From Nemertoderma westbladi (taxonomy: Eukaryota > Animalia > Xenacoelomorpha): a DNA stretch of 34,588 nt. The notes below the pieces were generated by a model. The model ran no database searches. It had not been told where the DNA came from and worked only from the letters and a program-made list of their open reading frames with translations. Positions 21,728-33,991 of the stretch are shown here, piece by piece (position 1 is the first letter of the stretch; each line of letters starts with the position of its first letter). The translations under genes were made by a program, and so were the position numbers. The stretch lies in NCBI GenBank assembly GCA_032718475.1, contig JAUCBJ010003268.1:1-34588 (forward strand). Direction: 5' to 3'.

Positions 21728-23770
21728 ATGATGAGGATTTCACATTGGCCAGTCATAATTTTAGCCCTTACCGTTTGGCACACCCAAGCCAATGGTGATC
21801 ATATTGCGGTATTATTACGAAAAGGAAGTGATCAATACGGCATTAAAACAGACAAAAATGAATACTGGGACAATAATTGCAAAAAAATCCGTCTATTAAC
21901 TCAACAGAAGACAAAAGTACTGCAAAAACTACAGGATCTCACAAGTGATCTACATAGAGACGTTGTTTTAGAGAAAGCTGAGAAAGAATATCACAACCAT
22001 TTGTATGTGTCCTTTATGAAAGAACTTAATGTCACTGAGCAGTCAATATTAAATGGAATTATAAGTTTGGAGATGTTAGTTCAAGGAAATGTTACCGATG
22101 TTGTCAGTTTAAAACGCCAGAGTTACAGGCGCTTACAAGCTTTACAAAATGCCATAGCTGTCGAGGAGAATGAATATAAAGAAATCATAGAAACAGAAAA
22201 AATGAAACAGAAGTTAACCGAGAAAAACATTAGTCTGGTTCACACTGAACATCAGAATGTCGTTGCCGCCAAGATAAGGGATGTTCTAGTGGAAGTAGGG
22301 AATGCAGCAGATGCTTTGGAGGAGTCATTATCGGATCACATGTTCAACATCGATAATGGCATAAAAAATAACGACTTAGAGTCAGTGATGAGGATCAAAA
22401 GTAGAGATGAGTTAGCCGATAATGATGGGAATGGACAGGGGATTCTAGTTGACTCTAAAAATAATCGCTATATACTCGCAAAAACTAAAGATTCCACTGT
22501 ACCCGTAGAAGACAGGAATTTGATTGTCGATGTGATCACAGCGATTGTTTTATCCACTGGTTTGGGAATGGTTTCAACATGGTTAAGTCTCCCTGCGCTA
22601 TTCGGTTACATCGTTTCTGGAATCGTGTTGGGCCCTTCTGGAGTGAATTGGATAACTGACATCATACAACTAGAATCTCTCTCAGAATTCGGTGTCTTTT
22701 TCATCCTCTTTATGGTTGGTTTGGAGTTTTCTCCGGATCGTATTCGGGACGTCTTGTGGGTGTCCCTGCTCGGGAGTAGCTCTTTGACAGTCTGCATGGT
22801 GCTCTTATTTTCTTTTATTGGCAGTATGCTAGACCAATCCCCTGTGGAATGTGCCTTTGTGGGAGCTTGTCTATCCTTATCGTCCACACCCTTAGTGACC
22901 AAACTCCTTCAACACCCAACACAATCCATCGATATCGAACATCAATCGACTTCAGTAGCAACCACCACGACATTGACATCAACATCGGATGAGTTCGCAT
23001 CGATTCTAATGGGAATTCTTGTTGGACAGGATATTTTACTGGGATTTATAATCGCAATTCTGCCAAGTCTTGGCCAATTCGAAAACAATGATGAACACAG
23101 CTCCCAGTTAATCTTTCTACTTATAAAGATAATGAAAGTGTTATTCGCATTTATTGGCTTAACTCTAATATTTAGCATATTAAAAAGAGTATGTCTACCA
23201 TTATTAGCTCGTAAAATGTCTAAAACAGATGAGTTCACTCTTCTACTCTCTATCTCTCTGACGTTCACGATGTTAATAACGACAGACGCTCTTGGTGTGT
23301 CAATGGAGCTGGGTTGCTTTGTTTCCGGTGTCCTGCTTAGCATGCAACCAAATAATATTCGGGATCACATCACAAGGGTAGTTGAGCCATTGAGAGACAT
23401 CTTCTCAGTTTTGTTTTTCTTTGCAATAGGTCTTCATGTATTCCCTGTGTTCGTCTTTCGAGAGTTAGGTATGCTGATGATATTAACAATTATGCTGGTC
23501 GCATTAAAGTTCGGTATTTCCGCTGTCTCTCTACGATTTATAGCACCAACTGTATCCGTTGCCAACCAACTGTTGATGGCCGCAGGATTGGCGCACGTGA
23601 GCGAGTTCAGCTTCGTTCTTGGTAGTCGGGCTCGCCATTTGGGACTAATATCTCGCGAGGTTTACCTGGTGGTACTAAGTACTACCTTCTTATCCTTTGT
23701 TTTTAGCCCGCTAATATGGAACAGTACGATGACGCTTGCACGTAAACGGTTGCGATGGAATGACAAATAA
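21728..23770 (+). CDS. TMCO3: TMCO3-like cation/H+ antiporter (CPA2/Kef-like), single coding exon, about 680 aa, nested antisense in a Kv intron
   Basis: Signal peptide (MMRISHWPVIILALTVWHTQANG) and coiled-coil N-terminal half, then LVDSKNNRYIL..KDSTVP, FGYIVSGIVLGPSG, EFGVFFILFMVGLEFSP, LSLSSTPLV, GILVGQD, GVSMELGCF and GLAHVSEFSFVLGSRAR, matching remembered TMCO3 motifs. First ATG at 21728 (the ORF track starts at an upstream TTG). Confidence 0.93.
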   Translation: MMRISHWPVIILALTVWHTQANGDHIAVLLRKGSDQYGIKTDKNEYWDNNCKKIRLLTQQKTKVLQKLQDLTSDLHRDVVLEKAEKEYHNHLYVSFMKELNVTEQSILNGIISLEMLVQGNVTDVVSLKRQSYRRLQALQNAIAVEENEYKEIIETEKMKQKLTEKNISLVHTEHQNVVAAKIRDVLVEVGNAADALEESLSDHMFNIDNGIKNNDLESVMRIKSRDELADNDGNGQGILVDSKNNRYILAKTKDSTVPVEDRNLIVDVITAIVLSTGLGMVSTWLSLPALFGYIVSGIVLGPSGVNWITDIIQLESLSEFGVFFILFMVGLEFSPDRIRDVLWVSLLGSSSLTVCMVLLFSFIGSMLDQSPVECAFVGACLSLSSTPLVTKLLQHPTQSIDIEHQSTSVATTTTLTSTSDEFASILMGILVGQDILLGFIIAILPSLGQFENNDEHSSQLIFLLIKIMKVLFAFIGLTLIFSILKRVCLPLLARKMSKTDEFTLLLSISLTFTMLITTDALGVSMELGCFVSGVLLSMQPNNIRDHITRVVEPLRDIFSVLFFFAIGLHVFPVFVFRELGMLMILTIMLVALKFGISAVSLRFIAPTVSVANQLLMAAGLAHVSEFSFVLGSRARHLGLISREVYLVVLSTTFLSFVFSPLIWNSTMTLARKRLRWNDK

Positions 23771-24510
23771 GTTGTATTTTCAACAATCCAAATTGTTGTC
23801 TTTCATTGCCTATAGGTGCAAATGTGCAATTCATGTTAATTTATGTTGATTAATGGCAATACAATAACTGACTGTATGAGAACATTTTCAGTCATTAAAA
23901 CATAAATAATAACAAATTATTTGAAACAGAACTGTAGGCCTATGGATCACAATTAAATAGATTTTTCATTTTGATTTAAATGAAAAACACTTAAGTAAAT
24001 TGTACTTAATAATAAATATGTTAAAATAATGTAAAGTATTTAGAATTATTAAATACATTTTTACTATTCCATACAAATTTTTTATTTTTCTGAGTATCTT
24101 ATCACATTGAACCACCATAGGTCGGCAATAGGGTAATAAATTGCAATTATTGTCAGTTGTTATTATGTTGTATGTTTTAATGCTGTACATAACACTATGA
24201 CATAGAACAATCAATTAAACTTAAATTAGTCATAGGCATTTTTATATCATAATGTTAGTAATGGTTAGACCATCGAAACTCCCAAAGTTTATACACATTT
24301 ATGAATATTTTAGAATAAAATATGAGGTCATGAATACTTCTAAACAATTATTTGATTTCGAAATATATTGGTATTAATCGAAATATACAAGTGGGGTGTT
24401 CCCCAATCAAGCGACTAATCATTACGATATCCGAATAACCCTGCACGGAAATATATTCTACTTCTATTTAAATAAGCTGTATAAACTCAAATTCTAAGAA
24501 TAGTACTTAC

Positions 24511-24652
24511 CGATATGTGATCCAATTCTAGGTAATGAAGTTGTGTTACTATAAATCGTTCTTGGTTTATTATTCTGAAGGTCAGGAAGTGTACTGATGC
24601 AGAATGTAAGAATGGACAACATGATGGCTATTATCGTTATCCAACGAATTAC
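24511..24652 (-). CDS. Kv3/Shaw K+ channel, S1 exon (VIRWITIIAIMLSILTFCISTLPDLQ...)
   Basis: Not in the ORF track. Acceptor ctttatag, donor TCG|gtaagt, 142 nt, phase 0 to 1, in frame with the S2 exon. The SILTFCISTLP motif is typical of the Kv S1 end; N-glycosylation sequons NTT and NSS lie in the S1-S2 loop. Confidence 0.9.
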
Positions 24653-26379
24653 CTATAAAGTTAATAAAAACCAAATTTAAACTACAAAATAAAAAGGAAT
24701 TTATTAATTTATTGTATGTTTAGAAATAACTTCAAGGTGCGTAAGTTGATGACTGACTAACTTAACAACGTCTATAACTCAATAATCAGTCACACCATTT
24801 TAAGATCAATTTTAATGGGAGATCTCTAGAACTACAAGTGGTGGAGCGATTGAGCAAATTTCCAGGTATTAAATTAATACATACCAATCAGCAACTCTAC
24901 CACAATATATATATATCAATCTATATTGGTCCACTAGGCATGACCAATAAGTATTAATTCTACTAAGTAATAACACAGTTTCTCCAAAGAGTAGAAAACC
25001 AGCGACACATTTTAATTATGTAGGCCCGTGTATGTTATGTATAAGATAACCAACATCCGTTTAATGAAGTAGCAGCATGGATGATGTTGGCTTTGGAGGC
25101 CAGAATCGTGTTCATCTAATACAATCAATTGTCTAACATATATCGTGCATCGATCACTCTGCATCCTTGATTAAACCTTTTCGCTTACAAATACATCAGG
25201 CCGTATTTTATTATGAAGTAAAGTCTTGCCTACTCATCAGCCAGCCACATGGTCTGGTACCAATTAAGTACCACCCCCCCCCCCCCCCCCCCCCCAAATA
25301 ACATCATGGGTTAAATTGAAGAGTGTAGTTTTATTTATGAAAATAATTAGGTTCAGCATCCTTTGGAATGTAATCATAATGGAATGAATATTACGTACAA
25401 TCATAAAGAATGAATGCATAATATATACACAATTTTAGCCATTAAATTCTACAAAATGGGAAATACTTGAACATTAACGTACAAAAGGAAAATATATATG
25501 GGAAAGCACAAATGAAAGGTGTAATTATTTCCAGAGTAATTAAAAGTATATTATATTATTATAATCTAAATACGCATTCAGTTGTTTGTTTTAGAATCCA
25601 CATTATTATATAATCGAAAATAAAACTGGTGAAAGCCGACGCTAACAAATTGATTCCTATATCATTTTGGTTCGAAAAAACGGAAAAACTTTGTATAAAC
25701 CAACTAAATAAATTCCGAAAATACCCTCATTATTTGTAAGTATGACTCTAATGAATATCAAACATTAGATGATGTCTACCAGAAATTGTCATGCCTTTCT
25801 TTTGCTTGTCTCAAGTAACCATGAAAAAAAAATTACATGGAAATCCAATTCATTGTAGGTAAAAATATTATATGCCACAGTTATCTTTGTCAGATACGGA
25901 ACAAAACGCGTAAACTAAAAGTTTGTCAGTCTATTCAAGTTTCGTATTTTTAAACATTATGAAGAAATTAACACCTTAGTTCAATAATCATAGCCGTTGG
26001 AAATTTCAAATATGTAAGAAAAGACAAAAAAATTAATAAAGTTCTTTACTAGAGGTAGGAAATATGCATACATACAGATATAATACGAAACTTGAGTTAA
26101 CTCTAAATATAGTATCATTTTCTAATGATAACCATATCCATCCCTCCATACCCACATTTTTCTTCAATAATCCCTATCATATTTGAATCAGAACTAGTTC
26201 ACTACATTGTCCATTTCCAACCAGAACCAGAATTTTAGACTTCTGTCTTTTAGATTCTGTGTATTTTATGAGTTTCAAAATAAAATATTTTGCTATTTTT
26301 GAGAAATTTTTGTGTTGTATTGTTTTATGAAAAATAAAGATTTATATTCTTATTGCCAACCATATTTTATAATTATTAT

Positions 26380-26640
26380 TGTGTCCTCCTCAATGCAAAA
26401 AACGGGATCCATGTGGTGGTATTTTCATGTGTGTTGGTTCTTTTGTCACGACATTACCGTTCAGACAGTGGAGCCAACTAACAATAGAATAATACTTTCC
26501 TATTCCATGTCCGATACACATATAAACCACCATACAAAGTCTCGTAACGATTCAACGGAGCGTTTAGGCGGAGATAGAGCTACGACAAACATACAACATT
26601 GACAATTGTATTATAGATAAGATAAGATAAGATATAAGAT
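26380..26640. mobile_element. Probable interspersed repeat fragment ending in (GATAA)n
   Basis: Relatively GC-rich block followed by a short GATAA microsatellite. Family not determined. Confidence 0.25.
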
Positions 26641-28627
26641 ATACTGCTAATGTGAAGAATGGCCACGATACGAAGGGTAACATTTCGCAAAATTTACTTT
26701 ATTCAAACCATTATATAAAAATTTCAAGGCAAAATAAAAAATTATAGTTTCATGTGGACATTGGCATTGAGTTGAAATAGTTGCGTTTCAATATGATAAA
26801 AATGTTTAGAAAATATGGGCGGTCGTGTCATCAAAAACTCACACAATTATATATTTATGGGAAAAAATTACGGGGTATTATTGTTTAATTATTATTATCT
26901 ACCAAAATTAAATAATATATATAAAATACTTTGATCGCTAAAAGTGCACTTTATAAATTTACAGTATTGGAATTTATGTTGTTAAAATACGTTTTAGAAG
27001 AATGTAGGATATTCTTGTGAAAAAAATTACACTAAATTAAAAACTAGATCATAAGTGAAACTAAATAACACTTAAAAGAAATATAACTACAGACTACTAA
27101 TGGTACATACTTTTTTGAAAAGTTGGACCACAATAATAAATTCACTGAACCAGTCAGTAAGATGTTTGCCCTAGGTTATCGGTACTGGTAGCTGGTACTG
27201 GTATGGTTTCGTACGATACAAATATTTTGCACTGTGAATTAATTGTTTTTGCTATTATGGCTATTAGAAGTTTCAAATGTTACTAATATATACGTGGGGC
27301 ACATCTATTATGATTATTGCATTTAGAGAAGATTCATAACTCGATCTGTAATTTTTTATAATGTTATTAAAATTTTATTATACTCATAACCATGTAGACA
27401 TGGAGATTATAGTAAAATGTACGGAAGTGAAATGAAAGGTTAAGTTATTATCCCAATTTAGTTAGAAAAAGGTTAAGATATCGACTCGGGGTATATAATT
27501 TTATTCAAAAATATTTAATGAAAATCAAGGCTTATTTGCCATTAAAAAACATAAAATGTAAACATTAAATTTCGTTACTCTAGCGTAATAGCTGATTATT
27601 GGTTCCATAGTAGAGTCCTAGCGACAGTATTACTTGTTCGTACTACTGATAAATTGTATATATTGGTAACATTACGTTAACATATTGTAACATACGTCGG
27701 ACATAACGGCCTCTGAAATGAGTTCAAAATGAAAGTAATTAATGCAATCAATATGATATTATTTATATTAGGAGACCACATATACATATGTTTGTGGTGT
27801 GTAGTTAATGGGTCAATGCCAACCATATTGACCAAGTCACGTACGGGACAAAAAATATACAAAAATGTAAATCATTTGAGAATGGATGGTGTGATGGCTT
27901 TGATAATTTGATCGCCAGATACACTATAATCGGTCCCCTTCTGCGCTGTGATACACTCCAACCACAGTTTGTTATAGAAAAAGCTACAACGAATGTTAAA
28001 AAAAATCGTCACTTACGGGACAAAAAGGTACCAAACGATTAATATCCCTGCTGAGAATAATTCCTGTGAACAAATAAACGTAGCTTCGTAGTATATTGGA
28101 GGTCACCCTCCTTACGGATTTCCAAAACAATCTCGATCTATAGATTTACCTACACAATCTTTTCATTTTCGAATAAATCAATGTTTTTTTTTATAAAATA
28201 TTCTAAATGAATATTACAGGACTTCCAAAAAAAATGAGAAGTTTATATTTTGAATAAGCCATTCAGGAAGAATACGTGTTTACTGTGTAGTTAATAAATA
28301 TTTGACAAACTACCGAGTGAAATGGACACCAATATAATATTCTAGACTATACATTTTAGCTATTGGCTCAATTGCTAAATCACAAATTGCATAATATTAG
28401 GGCCACCATCTGTTGAATTACTTTTTGAATAGCATTATGATAATAATTAGTAAATTGTATGCATTATGTAAGATATGCGTTGAATGTCAGCTATACCTCT
28501 GTCGTGGAGCTACGTAGTTTGTTGTTACTGATACATCAAAACTCGAACAGTAAGAAGAACAATCAGGCAGTATGTTCTAAAACGCTATATGATAATTATA
28601 TTTTAAGACAATAAACTCTAGCCAAGA

Positions 28628-28935
28628 ACATTAGTGATCTAGACCTCGCTGATTATGGGTACTGATGACTTAGGAGTACTTTCAGAATCACTAGAGGGAT
28701 TCCAACGGCTCCTCAGCTCATTAGAACAGGCTGCTTCTAGTGTTGGATTAGTTGTTAACTCCAAGAAGACCAAAATTTTGACAGTTCATTTGGGCAGCCC
28801 CCAGGAAATATGTGATCGTGTGATCATAAGCTCCAAGGAGTGTGTGCTTGAGTATGTGGATGACTTCTGCTAATAGGGATCATGATCTAGAAGTCAGCTG
28901 AAGACCTTCGAATACGTAAGAGGAATGCATGGGGA
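28628..28935 (+). mobile_element. Decayed RTE-clade LINE reverse transcriptase fragment
   Basis: Frameshifted DLD...DD catalytic region, then VGLVVNSKKTK, LEYVDDF and a downstream DLRIRK..AW; contains stops. Confidence 0.8.
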
Positions 28936-31110
28936 GTATAATAATGGCTCTCACATATCATACACTATGTGGATCCACCGCAATAGTAACTAAAATGTTA
29001 AGGGTTAATCAAAAACAAAAGCATTAAATTTTCTTTAAAAAAACCCTGTGTGTGTAGGCCTATAATTAGCATTTACCATTAAAATATTTGGACAAAATAT
29101 AAAACGCTGTTAACACAAACTAAAGTTTAAGGTTTATTACACACTAACCGATGGTTCTAGGCCTATTCTGTAGAAAATAATATAAAATACAGATAACAAA
29201 AAAAATCAAAAATATAACACTTACACCGAATAAGTAATAAAAAAGATTATTTGCAATTAATAAACTAGAGATTTTCCCTTAGGCGTTGAACTGCCTATCA
29301 ACTGTTACATTTGTTGTAGTAAATTTATTCAAATTATGTATTTTTGAATTATGTATATAATTATGTATATAATTATGTATATAATTATGTAACTTCCATT
29401 GGTGGTCATTTAAGATTACATTATTTCGATATCATTAGTGTTGTGTAACCGTGTAAATAAGTTCCTGAACCAAATTGTTTAAATGTTTGTTTACTTAGTG
29501 TCTCAAACACTGAAGTACCGGTACTAAGATAGGCCTACTGTATGTTTACATTCACAAACCGAATCGCACTTAGTGAAGATAATCCGTAATAACGTAAACA
29601 GGAAGCAAGGTTAACCTCAACATCGATTGTGGCAAAGCCAATAAACGATTCACCACCATAAACCAGCCAATCGTGTGTCAGCACCGAACGAAAAGATTAA
29701 TAAATTACAAGAAATGTATCTTCTCCTACAATTCTAAACGAAATAAAGCGAAATTTTGCAGAGAGAATGTCCAATAGATGCTCACATATGGGGTGTCAAC
29801 AGAATTTTGATTGAGTGAATTCTACGATTATGATCGGTAATTCTAGAATTAATTTCACTGTTGCTAGTCAACCAACAGGTCCCTAGCAACCAAAACCCTG
29901 CATACACAACTACGTCCGATAATGAACCTATCATTAAAGTTTCATCCAATTCCATCAACTCAACATTAAGTGCAAGAAGTTGTGTGTAAAAACAAATAAA
30001 CAAACAAACAAACAAACAAACACGCGTGAGAAATAAGGACATCCATGATGGATCTGCCTAATTATTACTAATCATAATTTAGGGATAATTTACACTGAAT
30101 TGAAGAAATGCCAAATATTGCGACATATTTTACAGTATAATAATATCCAAAACAAAAGGCAGTTTTTTAGATAATTACATGGGTTATTAATGGATTTGAA
30201 TGATTTAATTTAATCTGCTAAATACAATAATTAAATTGTTGCCGAAACTATAGGAGTAATATTCGGAAGTAGCCCGATAAGGCGAAAAGTTTGACTGAAA
30301 ATGTATTTAGCGTTATAGAGTATATCAGCCCCGCCTTCTGTTTATTATTACTGTACTTACTGAAACAATCATTTTTTATAATTATTATATTAGAGTGAGG
30401 ACTACTATAATACTTAGTGGAACCGCTGATCACAAAATTCCGTAAAATGTCATCAAATTTATTACGTAAGTGATTTTTTTCCAGTTTGAAAAAACTTTAA
30501 AAAAGGTATATGAGCAGACAGTTGGTAGTTACAACATTGAATTCCAATTATTACACAACCAATCATTCAATGCCACCTGTAATTCCTAAATAGGCCATAT
30601 CATACATACAAACATCTTCTAAATAAAAACCAGGACACCACAACAATTGCGCAATGCATTTGTTCAATATTCCCAAAAAGTACCAATTATAAAAAAAATA
30701 CCACGAAAATGAGAGCGGTCTCCTACGGTATTGCAAATATACACAAATAAGTAAAAAAATATTGTATCGTCGAATGTTAGAAGAACCAAAGGCTACAAGA
30801 AAACAAATATTGAAAATGAAATTCCTAACGCTTAATAATTGTCAACATCAACAATATGTAAGCGATTTGGCCTATGAACAAAGTTCATTGAAGTTAATTA
30901 GTAATTAGTATTATAATTGTTAGGATTATTTTATATAGATAAATAAGTGGTTAGGAATTTTGTCAGACACATTGCAATAAAAGGAAAGAGAAAAATATTT
31001 ATAAGAAAAATAAAATTGATAGAAATTGTGTGAAAGAGTGGCTATAATTTCGGAAATATTGTGGAAGATATTAGGGAGAAGCTCATTCTAAAACGGTTGA
31101 CCCTGTGTAT

Positions 31111-31238
31111 TTAAAGTAGTGGGTGATTAACGTTTGGCGTGCGGTGCATATAAGATGAGTATGGTTGAGGTTGCGAGGTTGAGATTTCGTCATCACCAGA
31201 TTGAGACACATTAGAATCCAATGTATCATTCTCAGAAT
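31111..31238 (-). CDS. Terminal coding exon of the upstream minus-strand unit (DSENDTLDSNVSQSGDDE...NHPLL-stop)
   Basis: Acceptor tttgtatatttttag. Phase 1 fits the donor at 32777; open to TAA at 31111-31113. Confidence 0.62.
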
Positions 31239-31395
31239 CTAAAAATATACAAATTGACAGTTAGTAAACAAATAAATGAGACAGCAAATGACGCATGGCG
31301 TGAATGTGACGCAAATCCGATCACGACGAATTGATGATATCTGGTCTCGGATGATCAACAATATTAAGTACCAATTCAGGGAAAGGAGCAGGTTA

Positions 31396-32378
31396 GGGGC
31401 CATCCATAAATGACGTCACGTTTTTTTTTAAAGACAGTTTTGACCCCTCCTCCCCCTTCGTCACAAATCGTCACGAAATGGCTACCCCCCCCCCCCCCCC
31501 TCCCCAATGTCACGTCACACTATATAAAATTAAATTATTACTCTTATATTATTAGAACAATAAATCTGGAATAAATTTGTCAACTATAAACTATAGCTAT
31601 AAACTCACATTACAAATTACAGTAATACGAGTTTTTCAGACATGCTCCCATGGGCATGACAGGTGGCCTGTCATGCTTATAATGGCCATTGGTGAGACAT
31701 CAGCTACTGGGTGTGGGTTCGCAGGGGATCGGCCGCCCTCCGCTTTGCAGGACATTGCTTTCGCCGTGAGGACCAGCCAGTGCATAATCTTGTGCTTTGG
31801 CAGCCTCATGGAGTGAATAAGCATGGTGGACAGCCCATGACTTTCTTGAGACGCATCTTAAAGGACATTGGCCTAGAAGATGCGGACGATCTAGCAAATG
31901 TCATGGGTGATAGGGAGTTGTGGCGGCGCAATTTTGTCGCAGCTAGCAATGCAGCATGCCGATCCTAGTAGTAGTCGCAGGGGATTGATAATCAAAACGG
32001 GTTTTGGAACTACCGCTACCATGAAGGGATGTAAGATTTTTAGTAAAACTTTCGATGCAAAGTAAAGATGACATTCTTTACAAACACGCTCTCTAATTTT
32101 ACCAATTATGGAAGGGCAGTAGAGGTCGTAAGGTAAGATTTTAATGGTTATCATTGGAAGAGGTAATAGTTTAATAGTAAACACGTTAATAGTATACACG
32201 TTTAATAGTACAGTATATAAGTATACACGTTTATGTATTTAATATACAGTAATTTTATCGGAAACTTATAATGTGACGTCACGATATTGCGGACACCCCC
32301 CTCTCCCTCGTCACAAATCGTCACGAAATACCACCCCCCCCCCCCTGTCCAGCGTGACGTCATTTATGGATGGCCCCC
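31396..32378. mobile_element. Non-autonomous DNA transposon with 5'-GG TIRs and TTA TSD (Zator-like; PIF/Harbinger is the alternative)
   Basis: TIR GGGGCCATCCATAAATGACGTCACG / CGTGACGTCATTTATGGATGGCCCC with TTA on both sides (31393-95, 32379-81). Repeated subterminal TCGTCACAAATCGTCACGAAAT. Internal minus-strand remnant PYDLYCPS...RVCKECHLYFAS (32029-32133). Confidence 0.85.
31735..31975 (+). mobile_element. 3' end of an RTE-clade LINE inserted inside the DNA transposon
   Basis: LRFAGHCFRR...LVLWQP...MGDRELWR is typical of RTE ORF C-termini and is followed by a (TAG)n tail. Confidence 0.8.
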
Positions 32379-32777
32379 TTACAGCCGTTCCACGTTATCA
32401 GAACACAGTTTCGTTACAGTTTTATCTGTGAGAGTAATCAGCTGTTATTTGCGTCAATTCTTTCCCTGGAAAGTGTTACATTTCCACTGAGTCAATAGCA
32501 CCCCTACACCTAGTGTGTCAATTAATTATATCAAATATTTCATATTACTAGTTAAAGAAACATTAAATTACATTAACCACTTTCAGTATAAAATTAATTC
32601 ACGTGTCACGTCAATTCACATGAATTCCGCATGAAAATGACCAGGTATTAACTTGATTAAATACAAACTAAATTACGAATTAAATTAACATTTTTAACAA
32701 AACGAGTTAACAATATAAATATTTTCACCACTGAATGATCACAATTATTAATAGATTTATTTATTTATTCCACTTAC

Positions 32778-33896
32778 CGTAACTGGTGGTGACGCTCTGT
32801 GATCTTATAAACTTTGGAACCACACTACCCAGAGGTTTCCTGTTAGCGTAGCGAGATGCCATCGACGGACTTCGCAACTGCCCGGGCTTCGGATACATGA
32901 TCCGGGAATAGCCAGAGACAGCACGCAAACTAGAGAAGTTTTTTGGTTCGGGGGATTGTAACGTGACTGGGGAGGGAGTCGTGACGTCCGAGAGAGGGAC
33001 CTCATCGTCGGATGGAGCGGCGAGCGGCTGCGGAGGCAGACCCATCCGAGCCACAGTCCCGCTCCGACGCGGACGATAAGGTTTACCCTCCCGCGCGCTT
33101 CCTCGTCGCCGGGGCAAAGTTACCCGACGCGTCGGCGGCAAATCCCGCTCGAATCGGAGCGACAGTTTGGAGCCGTCTCGCCGGATAATGTCGACGGAGG
33201 TGGGCGAGAAAGATCGACCGTTGTAGCCCATGCGAGGGACGATGTGGAATGGGATCTGGTTGGATCGTTCGAGGAGGTAATCCTCGTAAAGTTCGCGGTC
33301 TTCATCCGTGAAGGGTTCGTGTTTGGTCGCCTCGAGGATAGCTTTAAGTAGATCGGAGGTGGAAAGATGGGGTGGCGACGCCTCCAAACTGCTCGACTCA
33401 GAGGATTCAGTGACTCGTGGAGGCAGCGACTGTTGAGTGAGCGGCTTCAACCGAGGTAGAGCCAATCCGGAGTCGCTGCGGTACATGTCTCGCTGTTTGT
33501 TGCTATGGAGGCGGTGACGTCTACCGGATCGGGCTTGGTTGTTAACTGGCACAGAGGAATTTTCTTCGATAATTCGAAACGGGGGTATTTGAGCACCAGA
33601 TTTAGTGACGTTAAAGGGGTTACCAAGACTACGGGACCGGGAGATAGGGGGGATAGGTTTATACAGAGAATCATTGCGCTGTAAATTGGGCTTCCGATCA
33701 ACAGATATATCGCCTTTAAATTGCATTAAACTGAAAGTTCGTCTGGGGAAATGTAGGTCGGACGGTCGAGGTATGGGTATGTATTTAGTGACTATAGGGT
33801 GCAGTTTTTTAGGGTTTGGGAGCGGAAATGCTGTTGTAGGACCCACTGCTGTGCTCTTTGAACGATGAGGTCTTGAATAATTGGTATAAGAAATTC
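32778..33896 (-). CDS. Large 1119-nt internal exon encoding a Ser/Pro/Arg-rich low-complexity region; the gene continues beyond the window
   Basis: GC-rich open frame of 373 codons. Acceptor ttttctttag at 33897, donor ACG|gtaagt at 32777, phase 1-1. No recognisable domain. Confidence 0.85.
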
Positions 33897-33991
33897 CTAA
33901 AGAAAACGAAAAAAGATAAAAAGTTAACAAAAAAGAATACAATTGGCATATAAATATATTTAATTTATATATGCTATTTACGACTTATATA

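Noticed and set aside
22606-23343. Minus-strand ORFs overlapping TMCO3, and similar shadow ORFs over 5760-6320 and 32805-33868
   Set aside because: These are antisense or alternate-frame shadows of real coding exons.
25060-25235. Minus-strand PCCY and RPDVF strings reminiscent of T1 motifs
   Set aside because: They are separated by stops, have poor splice signals and no other T1 residues; likely chance.
28017-28063. 47-nt AG..GT micro-exon that could bridge the 32778 exon (phase 1) to the S1 exon (phase 0)
   Set aside because: The peptide (GIILSRDINRLVPFCP) has no pre-S1 similarity, and its donor region is duplicated nearby (GTCAC.TACGGGACAAAAA near 27836), suggesting repeat sequence. It cannot be fully excluded without RNA data.
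29590-29780. Cluster of three CCAAT boxes and a CAGGAAG motif as a possible promoter
   Set aside because: Such short motifs are expected by chance, and there is no linked first exon I can support.
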